NCBI GenBank assembly: GCA_965221775.1
Contig: CBDCSU010000004.1
Span: 160,001 to 224,000, forward strand
From: Candidatus Latescibacterota bacterium
GTDB lineage: Bacteria > Latescibacterota > UBA2968 > UBA8231
Direction of reading: 5' to 3'
DNA: 64,000 bases
The notes beneath the pieces were generated by a model. It was not told the origin of the DNA, did no database searches, and worked only from the letters and a program-made list of their open reading frames with translations. Both the position numbers and the translations under genes were made by a program. Below are positions 9,708 to 17,704 of this stretch, piece after piece. Numbering within the stretch: the stretch's first letter is position 1; every line of letters starts with the position of its first letter.

Positions 9708-11555
9708 ATGACCGAAGCCCTCCTCATCGCCGCCGCCGTCGTCGTCCTCGCCGCCCTCGTCGCTCTGCGCAGCCGGCGGGGGAGCGCCGGCCACCTCGAC
9801 AGCTCCTACGACGAGTCCGAGGGCCAACGCCGCCTGCACAAGTGGGGCTACGCCGACACCCGCTTCGAGTTCGACGGCCCGCGCAGCGTCCGCGTCACCG
9901 GCTCCCGCTACCCGCTGGCCGGGTACAGCCTGCCGTTCTTCGTCCCCTTCGCCGAGGAGGTTCTCGGCGTGCCGATCACCCCCGGGGAGATGATGCCCGA
10001 GGTCGAGCGCGGCCCCCTGCCTCCGGGCCGCCCCTGCGAGGCCTTCCTCGGCGCCTGCCGGCAGCGGCTGGGCGAGGATCGCCTCGCCACCGACGACGAG
10101 ACCCGCCTGACCCACAGCCACGGCCAGCTCAGCGTCGACGAGATCTACCGCCTCCTCTACATCGGCAGCCTGCCGCGCGTCGCCGACCTCGTGGTCTTCC
10201 CCGAGAGCGAGGAGGAGGCGGGGCAACTCGTGAGCCTGGCGGCGGAGCACGGCGTCTGCCTGGTGCCCTACGGGGGCGGCACCAACGTCAGCGGCGCCCT
10301 CTCCCTGCCGCCGGGGGAGGAGCGCCCCATCGCCTCCGTCGACATGAGCCGCATGAACCGCATTCTGTGGCTGGACGAGGACAACCTGCAGGCCTGCGTC
10401 GAGGCCGGGATCACCGGCAAGGAGCTGGAGCGCCTCCTCGGAGAGCGCGGTTACACCACGGGGCACGACCCCGACAGCGTCGAGCTCTCCACCCTCGGCG
10501 GCTGGATCGCCACCAACGCCAGCGGCATGAAGAAGAACCGCTACGGCAACATCGAGGAGATCGTCGTCGAGGCGACCCTGGTGACCCCGGCGGGGGAGGT
10601 CGAGTCCCGGCGGGCGACGCCGCGCAACTCCATCGGGGTGGCGCCGCGCCTGTGGCTCTTCGGCTGCGAGGGCAACCTCGGCCTGATCACCAAGGCGGTG
10701 ATCAAGATCCACCCGCGGCCCGAGGCGCGCGAGTACGGCTCCCTGGTCTTCCCCTCCCTCGACCACGGGGTCCGCTACCTGAAGGCCCTGCGCCGGGAGG
10801 GGGCCCTGCCGGCGAGCATCCGGCTGGTGAACAACACCGAGTTCCGCTTCGGCCAGGCCCTGAAGCCGGCGCCGTCGGCCGTGACCCGCGTCAAGACGGC
10901 GGTGCAGCGTTTCGTCCTCCAACGGGTGAAGGGCTTCGACCTGCGAAAGCTGGCGGCGTGCACCATCGTCATGGAGGGCACCCGCCGCGAGTTGGCCTGG
11001 CAGCGCAGGATCATCTTCTCCCTGGCCAGGAGGTTCGGCGGCGTCAGCGGCGGCTCCCACAACGGCCGCCGTGGCTACATGCTCACCTTCGCCATCGCCT
11101 ACATCCGCGACTTCCTCAACCAGTTCCACATCATGGGCGAGACCTTCGAGACCTCGGTGCCCTGGGACCGCATCCACGACGTGACCGGCGCCGTCGAGGA
11201 GAAGCTCGCCGAGCAGTGCCGCGGCCACGGCGTGCGCGGGACTCCCTACCTGTCCTACCGCATCACCCAGACCTACCACACCGGGGTGTGCATCTACTTC
11301 ACCATGGGCTTCAGCGGCAAGGGCCTGGAGGCGCCCGACCGCGTCTACCACGACGTGGAGGCGAGCCTGCGGCAGGCGATCCTCGACCACGGCGGGTCCC
11401 TGTCCCACCACCACGGTGTCGGCAAGATCCGCGCCGCCTTCCTTCCGGAGGTCCAGACCGAGGCCAGCCTGAGGATCCTGCGCGAGACCAAGCGGGCCAT
11501 GGATCCGGACGACGTCTTCGGCATCGCCAACGGCGCCCTCGCCGCCGACCGCTGA
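9708..11555 (+). CDS. Alkyldihydroxyacetonephosphate synthase (AGPS)-like FAD oxidoreductase
   Basis: PYGGGTNV, GHDPDSVELSTLGGWIATNASGMKKNRYGNIE, ASIRL, IAYIRD, ETFETS, TQTY..GVCIYF and SHHHGVG match AGPS signature motifs; N-terminal hydrophobic anchor. Confidence 0.85.
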   Translation: MTEALLIAAAVVVLAALVALRSRRGSAGHLDSSYDESEGQRRLHKWGYADTRFEFDGPRSVRVTGSRYPLAGYSLPFFVPFAEEVLGVPITPGEMMPEVERGPLPPGRPCEAFLGACRQRLGEDRLATDDETRLTHSHGQLSVDEIYRLLYIGSLPRVADLVVFPESEEEAGQLVSLAAEHGVCLVPYGGGTNVSGALSLPPGEERPIASVDMSRMNRILWLDEDNLQACVEAGITGKELERLLGERGYTTGHDPDSVELSTLGGWIATNASGMKKNRYGNIEEIVVEATLVTPAGEVESRRATPRNSIGVAPRLWLFGCEGNLGLITKAVIKIHPRPEAREYGSLVFPSLDHGVRYLKALRREGALPASIRLVNNTEFRFGQALKPAPSAVTRVKTAVQRFVLQRVKGFDLRKLAACTIVMEGTRRELAWQRRIIFSLARRFGGVSGGSHNGRRGYMLTFAIAYIRDFLNQFHIMGETFETSVPWDRIHDVTGAVEEKLAEQCRGHGVRGTPYLSYRITQTYHTGVCIYFTMGFSGKGLEAPDRVYHDVEASLRQAILDHGGSLSHHHGVGKIRAAFLPEVQTEASLRILRETKRAMDPDDVFGIANGALAADR

Positions 11556-11563
11556 GCCGCCCG

Positions 11564-12418
11564 GTGCCCCGGGAACCCTCGGTCGTCATCACCGGCGCCT
11601 CTTCCGGTCTGGGAGCGGCCCTGGCCGCGGCCTTCGCCCGGGACGGCGCCCGCCTGACCCTGATGGCCCGGCGGGCGGAGAGGCTGGCGCAGGTCGCCGA
11701 GGCCTGCGGCGCCGCCGAGGTGGAGACGGTGAAGGGGGACGTCACCGTCGCCGCCGACGGGGAGCGGCTCGTGGAGGCGGCGGTCGCCGCCCACGGCGGC
11801 ATCGACTGCCTCGTCGCCAACGCCGGAGTGAGCATGTGGGCGCCCTTCGAGGAGGTGCGCGACCTGTCCCTGTTCCGCCGGCTCATGGAGGTCAACTACC
11901 TCGGCGCCGTGCACTGCGTCCACCCGGCGCTGCCCCATCTGAAGGAGAGCCGCGGGCAGTTCGTGGCGATCTCGTCGATCCAGGGCCGCGTCGGGGTGCC
12001 GCAGCACACCGGGTACTCGGCCTCCAAGCACGCCCTGCAGGGGTTCTGCGACGCCCTGCGCATGGAGTTGGAGGGCAGCGGCGTCAACGTCCTCACCGTG
12101 GTCCTCCACTGGCTCGGCGGCACGGAGCTGCGGGGGCAGGCCCTGGCCGCCGACGGCCGGCCCTTCGGCGAGGGCCGCCGCCGGCCGAGCCGGGACGCCA
12201 TCGGCCTCGAGGAGACCTGCGGCGCCGTCCTGCGGTCGGTGAAGGAGCGCCGCCGCGAGCTGGTGATGCCCTGGAAGCTGAAGGCCCTCCTCGCCATCCG
12301 CGCCCTGCGGCCGCGGCTGTCGGAGGCGATCGTGCGCCGGGCCGTGGACCGCCAGGGGGGCGAGGCCGTGGGCGGGGCTGCGGACACCGGCACCGAAGAC
12401 GGGAGGCAGCGACCGTGA
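11564..12418 (+). CDS. SDR oxidoreductase, DHRS7B-like
   Basis: VVITGASSGLG, ANAG, MEVNYLG, VAISSIQG and YSASKHA; GTG start 8 nt after the AGPS stop. Confidence 0.85.
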   Translation: MPREPSVVITGASSGLGAALAAAFARDGARLTLMARRAERLAQVAEACGAAEVETVKGDVTVAADGERLVEAAVAAHGGIDCLVANAGVSMWAPFEEVRDLSLFRRLMEVNYLGAVHCVHPALPHLKESRGQFVAISSIQGRVGVPQHTGYSASKHALQGFCDALRMELEGSGVNVLTVVLHWLGGTELRGQALAADGRPFGEGRRRPSRDAIGLEETCGAVLRSVKERRRELVMPWKLKALLAIRALRPRLSEAIVRRAVDRQGGEAVGGAADTGTEDGRQRP

Positions 12419-12609
12419 ACCCCGGATCTGCCATCGGCCTCCCTCCACCGGACCGGGAAGGACCTCGCGCTGTGCTCGCCGACCGCCCGGGGTTCACCGA
12501 AGCCTGGATCGGCACCGCCATGGTGATCGCCCACCGCTGGAACCGCGAGGCCCTCCGGAGGGCCCCCCTCGAGCGCCTCGCCCTCGACATCGCACCGAGG
12601 CTGCCCTGA
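12415..12609 (+). pseudogene. Probable internally deleted remnant of an LLM-class flavin-dependent monooxygenase
   Basis: 64 aa with GTGA overlap and GGAGG RBS. LADRPGFTEAWIG resembles the LLM N-terminal motif and is joined directly to a C-terminal-like LERLALDIAPRL. Confidence 0.45.
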
Positions 12610-12647
12610 GCCGGCGATTGCCCGCATCCGCAATCGTTGGCAAGTTT
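12610..12647 (+). terminator. Hairpin, putative intrinsic terminator
   Basis: GCCGGCGATTGC / GCAATCGTTGGC 12-bp stem with two G-U pairs, followed by AAGTTTT. Confidence 0.5.
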
Positions 12648-12692
12648 TCCACGCTTTCCCTTCCGCCTCTACCCCGTCGAACTGGATTCGCC

Positions 12693-15575
12693 ATGACGCG
12701 CCGGCCCTTGCCCGCCCTGGTCCTCCCCCTTCTCGCCGTCGCCGGTCTGACCCTCGCCGGCTGCGCCGCCCGGCCTCCCGCCTCCGGAACCGCCCCCGAG
12801 GCGGCCTCCGACGGCCCGGACACGGTGCTGCCTGTCGATCCCAAGGTCACCCTCGGCACCCTCGACAACGGCCTGCGCTACATCATCCGGCCGAATGCCA
12901 AGCCCGAGAACCGGGCCGAGCTGCGCCTCGCCCTCGACGTGGGCTCGATCCTGGAGACCGACGAGGAGCAGGGGCTGGCCCACTTCGCCGAGCACATGGC
13001 CTTCAACGGCACCACCCACTTCGAGAAGCAGGAGCTGTGGTCCTACCTCGAGTCGGTGGGGCTGCGCACCGGGGCCGACCTCAACGCCCACACCAGCTTC
13101 GACGAGACCGTGTACAAGCTCACCGTGCCCCTCGACTCGGTGCAGGTCGTGGAGCAGGCTTTCCAGATCTTCGAGGACTGGGCCCACGGCATCACCTTCG
13201 ACGGCGAGGAGATCGAAAAGGAGCGGGGCGTCGTCATCGAGGAGTGGCGCCGCGGCCAGGGCGCCGGTCTGCGCATGCTCTACAAGCAGCTCCCCGTGCT
13301 CTTCGCCGACTCCAGGTACGCCGACCGCATTCCCATCGGCCAGAAGGCCGTCCTCGACACCTTCCACCACGACACGCTGCGCGGGTTCTACCGCCGCTGG
13401 TACCGGCCGGACCTGATGGGCTTCGTCGCCGTGGGCGACTTCGAGCCCGCCTGGATGGAGAGCCTGATCACCGAGTACATGGGGCGGGTCCCGGCCGCCG
13501 GGGAGCCGACGGTGCGGCCCGAGGCGCCGGTGCCCGATCACGAGGAAACCCTCTTCGCCATCGTCACCGATCCGGAGGCCACCTCCAACGTCGTCCGGGT
13601 CATGCACAAGGAGGACCCGAGCGACGACTCGACCCGGGGCGCCTACCGGCAGCGCCTGATGGAGAGCCTCTACCACGGCATGCTCAACCGGCGCCTCTAC
13701 GAGCTGACCACCCGGGCCGAGCCGCCCTTCCTCGGGGCGTTCTCCGGCGGCTACTACTCGGTGCGCACCAAGGAGATGATCCAGCTCGCCGCGGGCGTCG
13801 AGAACAACGGCTTCGACAGCGGCCTGGAGGCCCTGCTCACCGAGGCCGAGCGCGTCCGCCAGCACGGGTTCACGGCCACGGAGCTGGCGCGCCAGAAGAA
13901 GGAGCAGCTGCGCGCCATGGAGCAGTCCTGGCGCGAGCGCGACAAGCTGCAGTCGCGGGGCTTCGCCGCCGAGTACATCCGCCACCTGCTGGAGGACGAG
14001 CCGATCCCCGGCATCGAGGGCGAGTACCAGCTCCACCAGGAGCTGCTGCCCACCATCAGCCTCGAGGAGGTGAACGAGCTGGCGGGGGAGTGGACCGGCG
14101 GCGGCAACCGCGTCATCACCGTCACCGCCCCCGACAGGGAGGGGGTCGGCGTGCCCACCGAGGAGGAGCTGCTCGCCACTCTGGAGATGGTCGCCGCCCG
14201 GCCGGTGGAGGCCTACGTCGACCAAGGGGCCGACCTGCCGCTGCTGCCCGACGAGCCCACGCCGGGGTCGGTGGCCTCCCGCGCCGAGATCCCGGAGCTC
14301 GGGGTCACGCGCTGGGAGCTGTCCAACGGCGTGCGCGTCTTCCTCAAGTCGACGGACTTCAAGAACGACCAGATCCTGTTCGCGGCGTACAGCCCCGGCG
14401 GCCACTCCCTGGTGGAGGACGGGGAGTTCGTCGCCGCCTCCACCGCCGCCACCGTGGTCACCGAGGGCGGCCTCGGGAACTTCGACAAGGTGGGCCTCAT
14501 CAAGTGGCTCAGCGGCAAGGTGGTGAGCGTCTCGCCGTACGTCTCGGAGCTGGAGGAGGGGCTGTCGGGCTCGGCCTCGCCCCAGGACGCGGAGACGATG
14601 TTCCAGATGATCCACGCCTACTTCACCGCCACGCGCTCGGACAGCGCCGCTTTCGCCTCCCTCCACACCCGCCTGCGGGCGTGGCTGGAGAACCGCAGCG
14701 CCGACCCCGAGACCGCCTTCGCCGACACGGTCTCGGTGACCATGTCCCAGTACCACCACCGGGCCCGGCCCTGGTCGCTGGCCATGCTCGACGAGCTCGA
14801 CCTGGAGGCCTCGGTGCGGATCTTCCGCGACCGCTTCGCCGACGCCTCGGACTTCACCTTCATCTTCGTCGGCAACTTCACCGCCGAGGCGCTGGAACCC
14901 CTGGTCAACCGCTACCTGGCCAGCCTGCCGGCCCCGGAGCGCGGAGAGAGCTGGCGCGACATGGACATGGACCCGCCCGCCGGGGTGGTGCGGAAGGTCG
15001 TCCGCGCCGGCCTGGAGCCGAAGAGCCAGACCCGCATCCTCTTCACCGGCCCCTTCGACTTCGACGTGCGCGCCGACCGGGTCCAGCTGAGCCTGATGGC
15101 CCAGGCCTTCCAGATCAAGCTGCGAGAGGTTCTGCGCGAGGACCTGGGGGGCACCTACAGCGTCGGCGTGCGCGCCTCCCTCTCCCACTGGCCCGAGGAG
15201 CGCTACCAGCTCCGGGTGAGCTTCGGCAGCGACCCGGAGCGGGCCGAGGAGCTGACCGCCGTCGTCTTCGATCAGATCGACAGTCTGCGCTCCTCCGGCC
15301 TCGACTCGACGTACGTGGAGAGGGTCCGGGAGATCCGCCGCCGCGAGCACGAGGTCGCCCTGAAGGAGAACAACTGGTGGCTCGGCAGCCTGCGCTACGC
15401 CGACACCCACGGCATCGACCCGCTGCTGATCCTCGACCGGTCCCTGGTGGAGGGGCTGACCGCGGCCGACGTGCACCGCCTGGCGCAGCGCTTCGACACC
15501 GGCAACTACGCCCAGTTCGTGATGATGCCGGCACAGGTGGACAGCACCGCCGCCGAGGCGGCGCCCGGGCCGTGA
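12693..15575 (+). CDS. M16 family zinc protease (PqqL-like), lipoprotein
   Basis: Inverted zinc motif HFAEH, NAHTSFDETVY, ERGVVIEEW and LREDLGGTYS; lipobox LTLAG-C. Confidence 0.92.
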   Translation: MTRRPLPALVLPLLAVAGLTLAGCAARPPASGTAPEAASDGPDTVLPVDPKVTLGTLDNGLRYIIRPNAKPENRAELRLALDVGSILETDEEQGLAHFAEHMAFNGTTHFEKQELWSYLESVGLRTGADLNAHTSFDETVYKLTVPLDSVQVVEQAFQIFEDWAHGITFDGEEIEKERGVVIEEWRRGQGAGLRMLYKQLPVLFADSRYADRIPIGQKAVLDTFHHDTLRGFYRRWYRPDLMGFVAVGDFEPAWMESLITEYMGRVPAAGEPTVRPEAPVPDHEETLFAIVTDPEATSNVVRVMHKEDPSDDSTRGAYRQRLMESLYHGMLNRRLYELTTRAEPPFLGAFSGGYYSVRTKEMIQLAAGVENNGFDSGLEALLTEAERVRQHGFTATELARQKKEQLRAMEQSWRERDKLQSRGFAAEYIRHLLEDEPIPGIEGEYQLHQELLPTISLEEVNELAGEWTGGGNRVITVTAPDREGVGVPTEEELLATLEMVAARPVEAYVDQGADLPLLPDEPTPGSVASRAEIPELGVTRWELSNGVRVFLKSTDFKNDQILFAAYSPGGHSLVEDGEFVAASTAATVVTEGGLGNFDKVGLIKWLSGKVVSVSPYVSELEEGLSGSASPQDAETMFQMIHAYFTATRSDSAAFASLHTRLRAWLENRSADPETAFADTVSVTMSQYHHRARPWSLAMLDELDLEASVRIFRDRFADASDFTFIFVGNFTAEALEPLVNRYLASLPAPERGESWRDMDMDPPAGVVRKVVRAGLEPKSQTRILFTGPFDFDVRADRVQLSLMAQAFQIKLREVLREDLGGTYSVGVRASLSHWPEERYQLRVSFGSDPERAEELTAVVFDQIDSLRSSGLDSTYVERVREIRRREHEVALKENNWWLGSLRYADTHGIDPLLILDRSLVEGLTAADVHRLAQRFDTGNYAQFVMMPAQVDSTAAEAAPGP

Positions 15576-16624
15576 AGGTCACCTCCCTGGAGCAGGAGGA
15601 GCTCTTCGTCGGCGGCGAGGGCGGCTGCCACACCTACCGCATCCCCGCCCTGGCGGTGACCGCCGGGGGCGCGGTCCTGGCCTTCTGCGAGGGCCGCCGC
15701 CACAGCCGGTCGGACAGCGGCCAGATCGACCTGCTCCTGCGCCGCAGCACCGACGGCGGCCGCACCTGGAGCCCTCTCCAGGTGGTGGTTACCGAGCCGG
15801 GCATGACCTGCGGCAACCCCTGTCCCGTGGTCGACGCCGCCACCGGCCGGGTGTGGCTGCCGTTCTGCAAGAACCTGGCCGACGGCCCGGAGAGCATGAT
15901 CATCGAGGGCCGGGCGCCGCGCACCGTGTGGATCACCCACTCCGACGACGACGGCGCGAGCTGGTCCGAGCCCCGGGAGATCACGGCGCAGGTGAAGGCG
16001 CCGGAGTGGACCTGGTACGCCACCGGCCCCTGCCACGGGATCCAACTGAGCAGCGGACGGCTGGTGGTCCCCTGCGACCACATCGTGGGTCTCCACCACG
16101 ACGCCCGGCGCGACCCCTACCACTCGCACGTGATCCTCTCCGACGACGGCGGAGAGAGCTGGCGCATCGGCGGCCTCGTCGACGAGGGCACCAACGAGTG
16201 CTGCGTGGTGGAGACGGCGGACGGCTCCCTCTACCTCAACGCCCGCAGCTACCATGGGCGCAAGCTCCGGTCCAGCGCCCGCAGCGATGACGGCGGCGGC
16301 AGCTTCGGCCCGCGGGTCTGCGAGGAGGGCCTGCCGGAGCCGGTCTGCCAGGCGAGCCTGGTGAGCCTGGCGCCGCCCGGTGGGCCGCCCACCGACCGCG
16401 CCTTGTTCGCCAATCCCGCCAGCACCGAGGCGCGGGAGAACCTCACCCTGCGGTTCACGGACGACGGCGGCCGCAACTGGTCGGTGGTGCGCAGCCTCTA
16501 CGAGGGACCGTCGGCCTATTCCGACCTGGCGGTCACCGCCTCGGGCGAGGTCCTCTGCCTCTACGAGCGCGGCGCCGACCACCCATACGAAGCCCTCACC
16601 CTGGCGCGCTTCACCCTCGGCTGA
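15572..16624 (+). CDS. Exo-alpha-sialidase (GH33) family protein
   Basis: YRIP motif; Asp boxes STDGGRTW, SDDDGASW, SDDGGESW and TDDGGRNW; SAYSDL; GTGA overlap with the protease. Confidence 0.88.
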   Translation: MKVTSLEQEELFVGGEGGCHTYRIPALAVTAGGAVLAFCEGRRHSRSDSGQIDLLLRRSTDGGRTWSPLQVVVTEPGMTCGNPCPVVDAATGRVWLPFCKNLADGPESMIIEGRAPRTVWITHSDDDGASWSEPREITAQVKAPEWTWYATGPCHGIQLSSGRLVVPCDHIVGLHHDARRDPYHSHVILSDDGGESWRIGGLVDEGTNECCVVETADGSLYLNARSYHGRKLRSSARSDDGGGSFGPRVCEEGLPEPVCQASLVSLAPPGGPPTDRALFANPASTEARENLTLRFTDDGGRNWSVVRSLYEGPSAYSDLAVTASGEVLCLYERGADHPYEALTLARFTLG

Positions 16625-16640
16625 TCCGGCGCCGCCTGCT

Positions 16641-16668
16641 TTGACCGGCTGCCGGGCGCGCCTAGCTT
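16641..16668 (+). promoter_or_regulatory. Putative sigma70 promoter of the 16709-22782 operon
   Basis: TTGACC-16 nt-TAGCTT upstream of the AGGAGG RBS. Confidence 0.45.
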
Positions 16669-16708
16669 TGGCCCCCCGAGCGCTCGAGCTATTCAAGGAG
16701 GCACGACC

Positions 16709-17704
16709 ATGGAACGGGCCACCAACTTCGCACTCGCCCTGGCCGCCATCGTTCTCGCCGCCGGCGACCCGGTGACGGGACAGACCCGGGAGCAGGGCCC
16801 CTGGTGGCCCCACCCGCTCTGGGGGCCCGAGGACGAGGCCGGCGGCTCGAACTGGATCACCCCCGAGGTCGTCCTGCGCGCCGCGCGGCTGGTGGAGACG
16901 GGCAAGGTCTACGAACTGGGCCAGGTCTACGAGCTGGGCATGCCCCTCTTCGGGCAGCGCACCTACGCCTTGAGCATCCCCGGCTCGCCCACGGGCGGAC
17001 CTTTCGGGGAGAACAACCAGCTCGTCTACTTCGACGACTTCCTGTGCGGCGAGATCGGCCAGATCGGCACCCAGTTCGACGGCCCCGGCCACATCGGCAC
17101 GCGCATGACCATGGGCGACGGCTCCACGGCCGACGTGTTCTACAACGGTTTCACCCGGCGGGAGATAGAGGGCTCCTACGGGCTGAGGAAGCTGGGCATC
17201 GAGAACGTCAAGCCTTTCTTCACCCGGGGCGTGCTCATCGACATCGCCGGCCTCAAGGGGGTCGACGCCCTCGACCACAGCTACGAGGTCACCGTGGCCG
17301 ACGTGCGCGGCGCCCTCGAGCGCCAGGGGATGTCGGAAGGGGAGTTGCAGCCGGGCGACGCCCTGCTCTTCCGCTACGGCTGGTCGAAGTACTGGAAGGA
17401 GCCGGGGAAGTACAACACCAACCCGCCCGGCATCGGCATGGAGGTGGCGGCCTGGCTCGTCGAGCGCCAGCCGTCGATGATCGGCTCCGACCAGTGGACT
17501 ACCGAGGTGGTGCCGAACCCGGACCCGGAGCTGCAGTTCCCCGTGCACCAGGAGCTGATCACCAAGGCCGGCATCTGGAACCTGGAGAACATGGTCTACG
17601 ACGGTCTCGTGGAGGACGAGGTCCACGAGTTCCTCTTCGTCTTCGCGCCGATCCCCTTCAAGGGCGGGACGGGGTCCCCCGGCCGGCCGATCGCCATCCG
17701 ATGA
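16709..17704 (+). CDS. Cyclase family (kynurenine-formamidase-like) metal hydrolase, exported
   Basis: Signal peptide; WGPEDEAG, QIGTQFDGPGH, RGVLID, NLEN and GGTGSPGRPIAI motifs. Confidence 0.88.
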   Translation: MERATNFALALAAIVLAAGDPVTGQTREQGPWWPHPLWGPEDEAGGSNWITPEVVLRAARLVETGKVYELGQVYELGMPLFGQRTYALSIPGSPTGGPFGENNQLVYFDDFLCGEIGQIGTQFDGPGHIGTRMTMGDGSTADVFYNGFTRREIEGSYGLRKLGIENVKPFFTRGVLIDIAGLKGVDALDHSYEVTVADVRGALERQGMSEGELQPGDALLFRYGWSKYWKEPGKYNTNPPGIGMEVAAWLVERQPSMIGSDQWTTEVVPNPDPELQFPVHQELITKAGIWNLENMVYDGLVEDEVHEFLFVFAPIPFKGGTGSPGRPIAIR

